Below, piece after piece: positions 9,954 to 20,163 of a DNA stretch of 57,167 nucleotides. The notes under the pieces were generated by a model. That model was not told the DNA's origin. It was given only the letters and a program-made list of their open reading frames with translations, and searched no databases. Each line of letters opens with the position of its first letter. Position 1 is the stretch's first letter. Origin of the DNA: an uncultured Candidatus Saccharibacteria bacterium (lineage in GTDB: Bacteria > Patescibacteriota > Saccharimonadia > Saccharimonadales > Saccharimonadaceae); assembly GCA_964535835.1 (NCBI GenBank), contig CAZHUZ010000001.1:53800-110966 (forward strand). The letters run 5' to 3'. The position numbers and the translations under genes are program-made.

Positions 9954-11147
9954 TTAACCATCTGATATCTTTAATTGATTATAAACCGAGTTACGAATAG
10001 TCGGGTTGTTCAAGTACGTACTCACAATATATGATTCTAGTGCTCTACCTGCAAATTTAGTAGAATGATTATTCAAAGTTCGTTGATCAAAAATATCTTG
10101 ACTTATGTCGATCACGTTATATGAGATAACGAGCGTATCACCAGACATACAATGACCAGCATTATGCCAAAATAGAAATCGCTCATTAATAGCACCAAGC
10201 CAATCATTCGGCTCAATAAACTTTTCATCTGAAGATAATAGATCAAATAACGATTCTCTTGGTTGAATACAATTAGATAGATAATTGTGTACTCCGCGCC
10301 AGCTCATGACATGGTTAGAGATATGGGCGGCTGGTTCATCATGATCTAATCGATTGGTCACAATTTCACCAATATGCCTTACAAATCGCTGGTGAGTGAT
10401 CTCACCACTAAAAGCCAATATTTCGTTTATATAGTGAATCATTGCAGACACATAAAAGATAGTGTATCCATCCATCAAAGTCTGCTCGGTCAATACTGAA
10501 CCGATAACCCCCGCTTCTTTACTATGTAACAAACCATGATTTCTCTTAATGCTGGGTAGCTGATTAAGTTTTTTAATTGAATCAAGATCTACAAACTTAA
10601 TTTGTCGCTTTTCAAAGTCATTTTCCTCGAGACGTTCGTACGCTTGATATAGTTTATCGGACCAGTTTGTATCTTCAATATACCTTGCAATAACCATAAT
10701 GGTAGGTATTGGCAATTTTCGAAGCAGACTTTTGACATTTTTGTATCCCAAGAAATCAATTGTTTTTTGTGGTGGTATGTCACTAATAATTTTTTTCAGT
10801 ACAGAATTCTTAATAGCATTTACCTGAGGTGGAGAGACTAACTTATTTATATATTGTTTTAACTTTGTAGAATAATCAAGATTAGAAGTGAGGTGATGGC
10901 TATCGATAATTTCTTTTAAAAACTTATCGTCCAGCAATACACGTTGACGCAAAGCCTCATACAGTTCATGCTGTGTTGTATCCCGTATATCAAGCCCAAG
11001 ATCATAGTGTATCCTCGCTACTGTCTGATCTATATAACCAAGTATCGTTACATCTATGCTTTGCCCTCCACTAGCTTTTTCAAGCACGCTTAAATCATAA
11101 GCTCTTGCACGGGATGTGAGAAGCCAATTTTCAAGTCGATTCCTCAT
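9954..11147 (-). CDS. hypothetical protein
   Basis: 397-aa intact ORF with ATG start, 8 nt downstream of the fba stop. No family recognised. Confidence 0.5.
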   Translation of the reverse strand: MRNRLENWLLTSRARAYDLSVLEKASGGQSIDVTILGYIDQTVARIHYDLGLDIRDTTQHELYEALRQRVLLDDKFLKEIIDSHHLTSNLDYSTKLKQYINKLVSPPQVNAIKNSVLKKIISDIPPQKTIDFLGYKNVKSLLRKLPIPTIMVIARYIEDTNWSDKLYQAYERLEENDFEKRQIKFVDLDSIKKLNQLPSIKRNHGLLHSKEAGVIGSVLTEQTLMDGYTIFYVSAMIHYINEILAFSGEITHQRFVRHIGEIVTNRLDHDEPAAHISNHVMSWRGVHNYLSNCIQPRESLFDLLSSDEKFIEPNDWLGAINERFLFWHNAGHCMSGDTLVISYNVIDISQDIFDQRTLNNHSTKFAGRALESYIVSTYLNNPTIRNSVYNQLKISDG

Positions 11148-11155
11148 AATATCTA

Positions 11156-12064
11156 CTATATCTTTTTGTTTGTTGAACCAAATGCTTCAATCTTCTCTTC
11201 GACAACCCGTTGAACGGCATCGTACACCGTTGGCATGAGCTTGACGACTGCATACTCTTTAGGATTGTCATGGAGAACCTTTTCCAGCGTCGTACGAAAT
11301 ACATAGCGCATATCACTGTTAATATTGATCTTGCTTACACCGATCTTTGCTGCTTGCTCAAAATAATGCAGTGGCGTGCCGCTACCACCATGCAAGCTAA
11401 TCTGACATCCTATCGAATCACGTATTTGTTGGAGCAAATCAAGATCAAGTTGTTTTGGAACAGGATATTTACCATGTAAATTTCCGATCGCAGCGGCAAA
11501 GGTGTCAATACCCGTCGCCTCTACAAACGCCTTTGCACCTTCTGGAGTACTAAATGTCTTTTTTATCTCATCATAATTGATATCTTCTTCATGTAGATTA
11601 CTGCTGCCACCAAAATAATGAGGCTCAGACTCCACTAATGCTCCTGTAAATTTTGCATACTCAACGACTTCTTTAGTCTTGGCAATAATTTCTTCGTCTG
11701 AGGCATTATGATTTGCTTGACTGACATCGATATGGATAAACTCAAAACCAACATCGATAGCACGCTTGCAATCCTCAACTGTCGGGCTGTGATCGAGATT
11801 GAGATAGACCTCAATACCGTATTCTTTAGCGTAGTTATCGACCATATCGCGGATATTTTCGAGTCCCATCGCCGACACTTCACCATCACTAACTTCTATG
11901 AGCACCGGAGAATTTTTTGCTTGTGCAGCCCTAGCGATTGCAATGAGTGTTTCTTGATTATCGACATTAAATGCGCCAACGGCGAAGTGTTGTTGACGAC
12001 TGCGCTGCATCAAATGACGTGCGCGCAAACAGTTATCTCGAATATCATGAATAGTAAGGCCCAT
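11156..12064 (-). CDS. fba: class II fructose/ketose-bisphosphate aldolase
   Basis: FAVGAFNV...ETL start region, LNLDHS, HIDVS and LHGGSG motifs typical of class II aldolases. Confidence 0.85.
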   Translation of the reverse strand: MGLTIHDIRDNCLRARHLMQRSRQQHFAVGAFNVDNQETLIAIARAAQAKNSPVLIEVSDGEVSAMGLENIRDMVDNYAKEYGIEVYLNLDHSPTVEDCKRAIDVGFEFIHIDVSQANHNASDEEIIAKTKEVVEYAKFTGALVESEPHYFGGSSNLHEEDINYDEIKKTFSTPEGAKAFVEATGIDTFAAAIGNLHGKYPVPKQLDLDLLQQIRDSIGCQISLHGGSGTPLHYFEQAAKIGVSKININSDMRYVFRTTLEKVLHDNPKEYAVVKLMPTVYDAVQRVVEEKIEAFGSTNKKI

Positions 12065-12066
12065 AA

Positions 12067-13107
12067 TTAGTCCAACCTCTTTGCTTTATAGTTAGATGGT
12101 GCTTTTTCTAACCATTCTTTTAGCTCACGCGTTGTCAAGAGACCTTCTTGCGCACCCGGATATAGGACGACGCTTGCCGGCGTAATCGGCGCAAGCTGCA
12201 ACGCTCCTTCAAGGCTATATCCTTTTATGAGTGCACCAATAAAAGTACTGGCGTAGGCATCACCGCATCCAGTCCGCTCAACAGGAGGCGCAACGTCAGG
12301 ATAAATCGGCATAAATAAGTGTTGCTTGCCATCGCTTGCATAACTACCTGCTGGACCATCGGTGATGAGCACTATTTTTGGTCCGAGATCATGCATTTTC
12401 GCAAGTAACTCTTTGACGTTGTCATAATTACCGCCCGTAACCTGTACGGCCTCTTCGCGATTGAGCACAACTACTTCGGAGCGTTTATATACATGATGTA
12501 AGCGCTTGGCGCCAAACTTTATCTGAAATGTGCCTGGCTGAAATGCCAGTTTGACCTCAGGATAGCGATCGAGCCACTCCATAATATCGTCATGCATATC
12601 GACTGCATTTTCTGCGATAGAACTAAAGTATACCCATTTTGGGATCTCACTCTTATGGAGATGTGGCCAGTGATAATCATAGTGTTCATGGTTAATGAGG
12701 ATGGTACGATCATCTTTATACCACAACACGTAGTGATAATTTGTCTTTTTGCCACGTTGCAATTTGATCAAAAATGTATCGACACCTTTTTTGGCAAGAG
12801 TATCAACTACCTGACGTCCACGATCATCATTGCCTAAGTTGGTTGCCAATGAGCTATTGAGTCCAAGCTTGGCGAAGTTGACCGCCGCATTTGCAGCATT
12901 GCCAACTCCATAAATAACTGTTGAGCGCTCAAAAGGCACTTTCATGCCGTAGGGAATCTCAAGCCACTTTTCACCCTTGCCGTTATCCTGCACCCTACCC
13001 TGGTCTTCAAACAATCGTATAAAATCATCAATAACCGTATCTCCAACCGAGATAACATCGATACCGTATGGATTGTCGTTTACATCATCTTTTCGTTCAT
13101 CTGACAT
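12067..13107 (-). CDS. PfkB-family carbohydrate kinase
   Basis: GVGNAANAA N-terminal motif and C-terminal TGCGDAYASTFIGAL (PfkB signature 2). AAGGAG RBS. Confidence 0.8.
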   Translation of the reverse strand: MSDERKDDVNDNPYGIDVISVGDTVIDDFIRLFEDQGRVQDNGKGEKWLEIPYGMKVPFERSTVIYGVGNAANAAVNFAKLGLNSSLATNLGNDDRGRQVVDTLAKKGVDTFLIKLQRGKKTNYHYVLWYKDDRTILINHEHYDYHWPHLHKSEIPKWVYFSSIAENAVDMHDDIMEWLDRYPEVKLAFQPGTFQIKFGAKRLHHVYKRSEVVVLNREEAVQVTGGNYDNVKELLAKMHDLGPKIVLITDGPAGSYASDGKQHLFMPIYPDVAPPVERTGCGDAYASTFIGALIKGYSLEGALQLAPITPASVVLYPGAQEGLLTTRELKEWLEKAPSNYKAKRLD

Positions 13108-13109
13108 GA

Positions 13110-14108
13110 TTATTCTCCTTGGTGATACTGTGGATTAATTTTGATAAAGTCTTTTACTGATTCACAGATATGTGGGGCAGTGAGGTGAAAATAATCAAGT
13201 AATTCTTCAGGCTTGCCGGACTCTCCAAAGCGATCATGTATACCCAGCCGTCGTATCGGTACGGGTAGTGTATCTGACGCAAGCTCACACACTGCACTGC
13301 CAAATCCTCCGGCAATTTGCGCCTCTTCAACGGTAACGGCACGACCGCATTTTATGAGAGAGGGCAAAATAGTATCCTTGTCGAGTGGTTTTATAGTTGG
13401 CACATGTAACACCTCGGCCTCTATACCGGCATCAGCCAACAATTCTGCTGCTACGAGGCATTGATAGGTCATCGTACCCGTTCCCAGCAGACAGACATCA
13501 GTTCCTTTGCGAAGAACATAGGCTCGCCCAATTTCAAACGGTGATTCATCCGTGCTATATACGGGTGTTGGCTCTCGTGCAAGGCGTAGATAGGTTGGAC
13601 TGTCCTGGCGAGCAATAGCTAGTGTTGCTTTTTCAGCCTCTTTACTGTCACCGGGTGCAATCACTATCATATTTGGCAACACCCGCATCATTGCAATATC
13701 TTCAAGCATCTGGTGTGTCGCACCATCTGGACCAACCGAGATACCGGCATGTGAACCGACGATGCAACTAAACCGTTCGTTGAGGCATAGTGTTGTACGT
13801 ATTTGCTCCCAGTTTCGTCCGGGACTAAACGCAGCATAACTACTAGCAAAGGGTTTCTTGCCCATGCCACTCATCCCCGCAGCGACAGTGACAAGGTTTT
13901 GCTCAGCTACACCGACTTCGACAAAACGCTCCGGATGCGCTTCCTTAAATAAATGCATTTGCGTCGACTCTGTTAGATCAGCACAGAGTGCTACAACTCG
14001 CTCGTCTTCATCACCCGCCTGCTTCAACCCTTTGCCAAAACCTTTGCGGATGGGTTCTGTTTCGATATTAGAATTACCAATTTTTGAATTAAGGTAAAAG
14101 TTATTCAT
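13110..14108 (-). CDS. transketolase, C-terminal (pyrimidine-binding) subunit
   Basis: VEVGVAEQNLVTVAAGM and GPDGATHQ motifs. Start set at ATG 14108, giving an 8-nt overlap with the N-terminal subunit gene. Confidence 0.85.
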   Translation of the reverse strand: MNNFYLNSKIGNSNIETEPIRKGFGKGLKQAGDEDERVVALCADLTESTQMHLFKEAHPERFVEVGVAEQNLVTVAAGMSGMGKKPFASSYAAFSPGRNWEQIRTTLCLNERFSCIVGSHAGISVGPDGATHQMLEDIAMMRVLPNMIVIAPGDSKEAEKATLAIARQDSPTYLRLAREPTPVYSTDESPFEIGRAYVLRKGTDVCLLGTGTMTYQCLVAAELLADAGIEAEVLHVPTIKPLDKDTILPSLIKCGRAVTVEEAQIAGGFGSAVCELASDTLPVPIRRLGIHDRFGESGKPEELLDYFHLTAPHICESVKDFIKINPQYHQGE

Positions 14109-14961
14109 GTTCACTCCTGATTTTTCCTTCGAGTGTACGTAGTTTTTTGAGAGCATCACGCGCCTGTTCGCTATTTGGTGGAGCCCCATGCCAATGATAG
14201 TCATATTCCATAAAATCAACACCTCTACCCGGAACCGTATGAGCTATTATTACGCTTGGCTTATTGGTGATTGCACGCGCCATGCTACATGCGTCAATGA
14301 TGCTTTCGATATTATTGCCATCGATTTCCTGGACATGCCAGCCAAAACTCTCCCATTTTCCCCGTAGGTCCTCAAGTGGCATAACATCTTCTGTATTGCC
14401 GTCGATCTGAATATTGTTGCGATCAATGATGCCGATGAGATTGTGCAATTTGTACTTACCTGCAAACATCGCTGCTTCCCAGATATTTCCTTCGTTTAGT
14501 TCGCCATCACCCATCATGACATAGACCCAGCGTTGTGGACCGTGATCCATATAGTGCATGACATACGCCATACCGGCTCCCTGACTAAGGCCTTCACCCA
14601 AGGGACCGCTTGTCGTCTCCATACCCGGCAGACGCGTGCGCTCTGGATGGCCCTGTAATCGACTACCAAATTGACGAAGTGTCTCTAGCTCCTTAACCGG
14701 AAAATATCCGGCACGAGCCATCGTCGCATATCTCACCGGCACAGTATGGCCATTGCTAAGTATGAGAATATCTCTATCTTTTTGATCTGGATCATGTGGG
14801 TCGTGATTCATGACGTTAAAATACAGTGCAGTAAAAATATCAGCCATTCCGAGCGGGCCTGCACTATGACCTGATCCGGCCTGTTCAAGCATCTTTATAA
14901 TATCCTGACGAATTGTGTTCGCCATAGCATCGAGTTGTTTCAATGTCAGTTGCCCACTCAT
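14101..14961 (-). CDS. transketolase, N-terminal (TPP-binding) subunit
   Basis: GSGHSAGPLGMADI and GDGELNEGNIWEA motifs. Confidence 0.9.
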   Translation of the reverse strand: MSGQLTLKQLDAMANTIRQDIIKMLEQAGSGHSAGPLGMADIFTALYFNVMNHDPHDPDQKDRDILILSNGHTVPVRYATMARAGYFPVKELETLRQFGSRLQGHPERTRLPGMETTSGPLGEGLSQGAGMAYVMHYMDHGPQRWVYVMMGDGELNEGNIWEAAMFAGKYKLHNLIGIIDRNNIQIDGNTEDVMPLEDLRGKWESFGWHVQEIDGNNIESIIDACSMARAITNKPSVIIAHTVPGRGVDFMEYDYHWHGAPPNSEQARDALKKLRTLEGKIRSEHE

Positions 14962-15004
14962 TACCTATCATTTTACCATAAGCATAAATTTCAGTTGAGA
15001 CAGT

Positions 15005-15664
15005 CTACATTCTATGATAATAAACTCGTATCTGGTCTACTATATCGTCATAGGCTAGTTTGATATCATCCTGTGTCCAAAGTGCCCCGCCTATATTTAG
15101 AACGTCTATGCCCCCATCTGCAAGCATTGCCACATTAATTCGATTAATCCCACCATCCCAGCCAATCTCTATGTCATGACGAAGATTACGTACCTGTGCA
15201 ACTTTATCTAATACTGACATATCAATACCTGCACTTTGTTCACCTAGTCTACCCGCAAAAAGTAAAACATGATCAGACTCATAGATATATTTTGTTGCTC
15301 TTTCAACTGTAGTCTCGGGTAATAGTGCGATACCCGCCTTTATACCAAAACGTTTTACATGCTGAATGTATGACAAAACATCACCTTGTGATTCATAATG
15401 AAATATAATCATATGTGGGTTAAGGCTTACTAATGTCTCGAGGTGTTCTCCGGGTGACTGGTACATCAGATGTATATCAACCACCATACTTTCCGGCCAC
15501 CAAAGCTGAATCGGATTAATATTATGATGTGGTGCGAAGATACCATCCATTAGATCGACTTGAACCCGCGACGCAAACGACACTTTTTCTATCAATGTCT
15601 TATATCGGCTGGGGTCTTCGGAGTCCGACAGGACTGCAGGACATACTATCGGATATTGCCCCAT
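15005..15664 (-). CDS. divergent ribulose-phosphate 3-epimerase-like TIM-barrel protein
   Basis: VDLMDGIFAPHHN and DIHLM match the RPE metal-ligand motifs (H/D-x-D-x-MDG, D-x-H-LM). Pentose-phosphate operon context. Confidence 0.6.
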   Translation of the reverse strand: MGQYPIVCPAVLSDSEDPSRYKTLIEKVSFASRVQVDLMDGIFAPHHNINPIQLWWPESMVVDIHLMYQSPGEHLETLVSLNPHMIIFHYESQGDVLSYIQHVKRFGIKAGIALLPETTVERATKYIYESDHVLLFAGRLGEQSAGIDMSVLDKVAQVRNLRHDIEIGWDGGINRINVAMLADGGIDVLNIGGALWTQDDIKLAYDDIVDQIRVYYHRM

Positions 15665-15667
15665 GGG

Positions 15668-16099
15668 CTACGTTCTCCTTGTCAAGATTGAAGCTAAAAC
15701 TAATCTCAAAGATAATATAAATAGACCCACAATCGGCAACCACCGTACTAAAAATTGTAGAGATGTAGGCAAGATGACAAGATATGATAGTGCTACTATC
15801 GTAGCCAATATGAGGTATATACCCAAAAATACAACTCGGTCAATTATATTACGGTCAATTTGATATGATTTTGCAATCAATACGTAAATGATATCAAATA
15901 CCAGAAATGTTCCTAGAAAATAGATTAATTGACCTATATAGGACATTGCCGGACCCTTGTCATACATCATTTCCATTGCTGAAAATACCAACAATATAAA
16001 CCCTACCAACAATATACGCGCAGCTACCCCCCAATAGGATAAGGCCGAAATAAGATATCTCAAGAATATATGGTAGCTATAACGATTATGTTCGGTCAT
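15668..16099 (-). CDS. hypothetical 4-TM membrane protein
   Basis: 143 aa, hydrophobic throughout, ATG start, packed 3 nt from the rpe-like gene. Confidence 0.5.
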   Translation of the reverse strand: MTEHNRYSYHIFLRYLISALSYWGVAARILLVGFILLVFSAMEMMYDKGPAMSYIGQLIYFLGTFLVFDIIYVLIAKSYQIDRNIIDRVVFLGIYLILATIVALSYLVILPTSLQFLVRWLPIVGLFILSLRLVLASILTRRT

Positions 16100-16128
16100 T
16101 TTATTTAACTATAAAGGTCTTTCTGTTC

Positions 16129-16581
16129 TTACGCAAGATCATCTAGCTGTCGATTACGTCGTCGATAGCGCTCGGCATTGGCAAACGGTGTCCCTAACCA
16201 GGCATCAATAATTTTTTTCCACTCACTGGGATCATCATCGAGCACCCGCGCGGGAAGACACAATACATTGCTGTCATTGTCATTTCGCGTTGCTTTCGCT
16301 TCAAAACTATCCCATATCACACTCGCTCGAATACCACGAAAACGATTTGCCGCCATCGCCATACCTTGCCCGCCGGTACAGAGCAGAATTGCTCGTGGAT
16401 CATCACTCGTATCGCCGATCACCTTTGTGCAAGCAAGTGCCGCAAACTGCGGAAAATCGTCATGCGGATCAAGCTCTTTGTCACCAATGTCATGAACGTC
16501 ATGCCCTCGTTTACTGAGGTAGGCAAAGACATCTTCTTTGAGATGAAATCCGCCATGATCGCTCCCTAGGTATATTCTCAT
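16129..16581 (-). CDS. rpiB: ribose-5-phosphate isomerase B (RpiB/LacA/LacB family)
   Basis: Motifs MRIYLGSDHGG and LLCTGGQGMAMAANR. Confidence 0.85.
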   Translation of the reverse strand: MRIYLGSDHGGFHLKEDVFAYLSKRGHDVHDIGDKELDPHDDFPQFAALACTKVIGDTSDDPRAILLCTGGQGMAMAANRFRGIRASVIWDSFEAKATRNDNDSNVLCLPARVLDDDPSEWKKIIDAWLGTPFANAERYRRRNRQLDDLA

Positions 16582-16584
16582 ACG

Positions 16585-17598
16585 TTATTTTCCTATTGTT
16601 TTTGCGACATCTGCCGTCAACTCAACGAGGCGATTACTATAGCCCCATTCATTGTCGTACCATGCAACAACTTTGAGCATGTTACCACCAATTACTGCCG
16701 TCAAAGGCAAATCAACGATACAGCTATGACTGTTTCCTTTAAAATCACACGAGACCAGTTCTTCCTCGGTTACATCTAAAATACCTTGGTAAAACGGTTC
16801 TTTGGCTGCAGATCGAAATGTGTCATTGACTTCTTCGACAGTTACATCTCGTTTGAGCAGGACAACAAAATCACTCATGCTTACAACAGGTGTCGGAACA
16901 CGTACTGATAAACCACCGAATCTGTTCTCAAGCGCAGGCAATGCTTTTGCTGCAGCAATACTTGCTCCCGTTGTCGTCGGAACGATGTTCTCCGCTGCAC
17001 TACGTGCTTCACGCAAGTCTTTGGCAGGAGCATCTTGAAGTTTCTGGCTAGCAGTATAACTGTGGACTGTTGTCATCATGGCTTTTTCAATACCAAAATG
17101 ACTCTCAAGCACACTCATTACAGGCGTGATGCAATTCGTAGTACACGACGCATTACTGACAACATCTGTTGCGCCCTTGATCTTGTCATCATTGACACCT
17201 AACACGATAGTATCAGCGCCTTCACCTTTTGCTGGAGCCGAGATAATGACTTTTTTTGCACCAGCAGGGTCGATATGCGCGCGGGCCTTTGCAGGATCTA
17301 CAAAAAACCCAGTTGATTCGATCACGACATCAACACCCATCTCTTCCCAAGGCAAATTTGCTGGTTCTTTTTCGGCGAGTACCTTTATGTGCTTGTCATC
17401 GACAATGATGCCATTGTTGTCATGGCTTACTTTGTGTTCGTATTCGCCATAGTTTGAATCATGTTTTAGTAAGTGAGCCAATGTTTTTGTATCAGTCAAA
17501 TCATTGATAGCGACGATTTCCAGATCACTGCGATCAAACGCAATCTTAAACGCGTTGCGACCGATACGCCCGAATCCATTAATTGCTAGTTTTGCCAT
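16585..17598 (-). CDS. gap: type I glyceraldehyde-3-phosphate dehydrogenase
   Basis: Motifs INGFGRIGR, SNASCTTNC (active-site Cys) and WYDNEWGYS. Confidence 0.95.
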   Translation of the reverse strand: MAKLAINGFGRIGRNAFKIAFDRSDLEIVAINDLTDTKTLAHLLKHDSNYGEYEHKVSHDNNGIIVDDKHIKVLAEKEPANLPWEEMGVDVVIESTGFFVDPAKARAHIDPAGAKKVIISAPAKGEGADTIVLGVNDDKIKGATDVVSNASCTTNCITPVMSVLESHFGIEKAMMTTVHSYTASQKLQDAPAKDLREARSAAENIVPTTTGASIAAAKALPALENRFGGLSVRVPTPVVSMSDFVVLLKRDVTVEEVNDTFRSAAKEPFYQGILDVTEEELVSCDFKGNSHSCIVDLPLTAVIGGNMLKVVAWYDNEWGYSNRLVELTADVAKTIGK

Positions 17599-17690
17599 TG
17601 TTCACCCATCCTTCTTTTAAACCGTTAGCATATTCGCTCTTTAGTATATATCGTCTGTCCATCGAAGTGCAATCCGTTATAATAGAATCC

Positions 17691-19160
17691 ATGAAAAAGC
17701 ATCAGCTGTTGACGCTGGCAAAGAAATACTACGATGACGATCAGATCGCTGAGCTGACGAGCGCGATCGACCTCGCAACTGAGAAACATGCTGGGCAAAA
17801 ACGAAACAGCAACGAACCGTATGTTACTCACCCTTTGGCAGTCGCGAGTGTGTTGATCGAATGGGGTATGGATATCGATACGGTTATCGCTGGGGTTTTG
17901 CACGATACCATCGAGGACACCGATACTAGCTTCGAAGAAATCGAGAAGTTCTTTGGTCGTGACGTTGCTTTTTTGGTTGAGGGAGTAACAAAAGTCAGTC
18001 GTGCGCGTGCCGGTATGAAAGACCTCAGTCATTATCTCCCAGAAACCAAAGACAATCTCACCAAACTACTTATTGCAGTAGGCCAAGATGTTCGCGTGAT
18101 TATCATCAAGCTTGCTGACCGATTACACAATATGCAGACATTGCGACATATGCCACCCGCCAAGCAGCAAAAAATTGCTCGTGAGACCATCGAGGTTTTT
18201 GCCCCTATTGCCGATCGCCTCAACATGGGACGTGTTCGTGTCCAGCTCGAAGAATTAGCATTTTCCTACCTCGACCCTAGCGAATACAATCGCCTCAAAA
18301 AAGAGATCAGTGTACGAATAGGCAAAAGTCGCAAACAATTCAACCAAGTCCGTACGACAATTGATTCAAAGTTAAACGACGAAAAGATCACCCATGAGAT
18401 TGATGGCCGCGTCAAAAGCGTATATAGCCTCTACAAAAAACTTCGGAAAATTCCTGATATAGATGAAATTTACGATATCTTAGCCTTACGAGTAATTGTT
18501 GATGATGTTACAACCTGCTATCTTGTACTGGGCATCATACACGGTTTGTATCCACCTATGGTCAATCGTATCAAAGATTACATAGCGCGGCCAAAGCTAA
18601 ATGGTTATCAGAGCCTTCATACAACTGTTATGGCCAACAACGGACAAATTATAGAATTCCAAATTCGTACATCTCAGATGCATGATTACGCCGAGCGGGG
18701 ATTGGCGGCGAGCTTTCACTACAATGAGCAAAAGCTGACTGATGCATATCAAAAAGGTCATATCGCTGAGATGCCCGCTGATTTGCGCTGGATACGCGAG
18801 CTACAGGAAGTTGCTGCCCAACTCAGTGAAGGTAAAGAAGTTGATGTCGAGCATCTCAAAATCGACCTCTTTGGTGATCGAATTTTTGTGTACTCACCAA
18901 AGGGAGATATATACGATCTCCCCGAAGGCGCAAGCCCATTAGATTTTGCCTATCGTATCCACAGTGATCTCGGAGAAAAAGCATCAGGATTTATCGTCAA
19001 TGGCAAGATGGAAAAATTTAACTACAAACTACAAAATGGTGACGTCGTCGAAGTTATCACAAAGAAAAATGCTAAACCAAACCAAGATTGGCTAGGATGG
19101 GTATTTACATCCCATGCTCGTAGCAAGATTCGCACACAGCTCAATCGCAACAAAAAATAA
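17691..19160 (+). CDS. RelA/SpoT-family (p)ppGpp synthetase/hydrolase, short form (HD + synthetase + TGS)
   Basis: HD hydrolase motifs (HPLAVA, HDTIEDT, DRLHNM), a synthetase core (YQSLHTTV, EFQIRT) and a C-terminal TGS (IFVYSPKGDIYDLPEGASPLDFAYRIHSD). The protein ends about 40 aa after TGS, so no ACT/RRM domain is present. Start at ATG 17691. Confidence 0.9.
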   Translation: MKKHQLLTLAKKYYDDDQIAELTSAIDLATEKHAGQKRNSNEPYVTHPLAVASVLIEWGMDIDTVIAGVLHDTIEDTDTSFEEIEKFFGRDVAFLVEGVTKVSRARAGMKDLSHYLPETKDNLTKLLIAVGQDVRVIIIKLADRLHNMQTLRHMPPAKQQKIARETIEVFAPIADRLNMGRVRVQLEELAFSYLDPSEYNRLKKEISVRIGKSRKQFNQVRTTIDSKLNDEKITHEIDGRVKSVYSLYKKLRKIPDIDEIYDILALRVIVDDVTTCYLVLGIIHGLYPPMVNRIKDYIARPKLNGYQSLHTTVMANNGQIIEFQIRTSQMHDYAERGLAASFHYNEQKLTDAYQKGHIAEMPADLRWIRELQEVAAQLSEGKEVDVEHLKIDLFGDRIFVYSPKGDIYDLPEGASPLDFAYRIHSDLGEKASGFIVNGKMEKFNYKLQNGDVVEVITKKNAKPNQDWLGWVFTSHARSKIRTQLNRNKK

Positions 19161-19610
19161 TCAAGTTTCTATCAAGCGTTCATCAACAACGCGCATCAGT
19201 GCTTTTTCGATAAAATCATCAAAGTAAAATCCGCTAAATGATATGTGCAACAACTCATCAAGCGTTACCCATCGGTATGACTCATGCTCATAACTTAGTG
19301 TCACTGACAAAGAGGATGTTCGCACAATATACAATTGCTTTTCAACAAGTGCGTCAACACCGGGCACAATTGTCGTCATCGCACTTACTTTATGTAACTG
19401 CGCTGGATCGACCACAATACCCGTTTCTTCATATATCTCTCGTACCACTCCATCACGAGGCTGCTCATCTTTTTCAATTATCCCACCAGGCAGATCAGCC
19501 GAATATGATAATCTCGGATATTTGGTATGCTCGCCAATTGTCAACAACAGTACACGATGCTCGACATTGACGACAAGGCACTTAGCCACAAGGCCATTAA
19601 TTTTTTGCAT
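19161..19610 (-). CDS. NUDIX hydrolase
   Basis: Nudix box GGIIEKDEQPRDGVVREIYEETGI. The track start is TTG; the ATG at 19610 is preferred. The stop abuts the relA/spoT stop in convergent orientation. Confidence 0.8.
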   Translation of the reverse strand: MQKINGLVAKCLVVNVEHRVLLLTIGEHTKYPRLSYSADLPGGIIEKDEQPRDGVVREIYEETGIVVDPAQLHKVSAMTTIVPGVDALVEKQLYIVRTSSLSVTLSYEHESYRWVTLDELLHISFSGFYFDDFIEKALMRVVDERLIET

Positions 19611-19629
19611 AGAAAACGACAATGACAGA

Positions 19630-20163
19630 TTATTGCTGTGCGCTATAACGCTCGCGGCATTGCTTGATAACTGTTTTTGCTTCCTCTACATCACCCCACC
19701 CAAGTACTTTTGTGCTACCTGGTTTTTTGAGGTCTTTATAGTGCATAAAGTGATGTTCTATTTTCTGTTTCCATCGATCATGGAGATCGGCTAATGATTG
19801 AATAGCGTTGTCGGTATTGCGGTCATCCTCTGGAACACAGATAATTTTATCGTCTACTTCGCCGTCATCTTCAAATTTGAGAACACCAATTATTTTGGCG
19901 GTTAAGAATACTCCTGTTGGGATAGGATCATTAGTAAGTACGAGCGTATCTAGTTCGTCCCCGTCCTCATCGAGAGTTGCTGGGATAAATCCATAATTGA
20001 CCGGCTTGGCAAAAATACTTGGCTCTACCCTATCGAGTTGAAATGCTGCCACATGGCGATTCCATTCGATCTTGAGTGTTGACCATTTCGGCACTTCTAT
20101 AACTGTGTTAACGACACCGTTATCAATATCTCCAGGCGTCAAGACTTTATTAAAATCAGGCAT
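19630..20163 (-). CDS. ppa: inorganic pyrophosphatase (family I)
   Basis: VIEVPKWS..K.E, YGFIPATLDEDGDELD and DDKIICV motifs. Start at ATG 20163. Confidence 0.9.
   Translation of the reverse strand: MPDFNKVLTPGDIDNGVVNTVIEVPKWSTLKIEWNRHVAAFQLDRVEPSIFAKPVNYGFIPATLDEDGDELDTLVLTNDPIPTGVFLTAKIIGVLKFEDDGEVDDKIICVPEDDRNTDNAIQSLADLHDRWKQKIEHHFMHYKDLKKPGSTKVLGWGDVEEAKTVIKQCRERYSAQQ

Noticed and set aside
13110-14961. Transketolase appears as two ORFs, which could indicate a frameshifted pseudogene.
   Set aside because: The split falls exactly between the TPP-binding and pyrimidine-binding halves. The second ORF has its own ATG overlapping the first stop by 8 nt. Two-subunit transketolases are a well-known natural arrangement.
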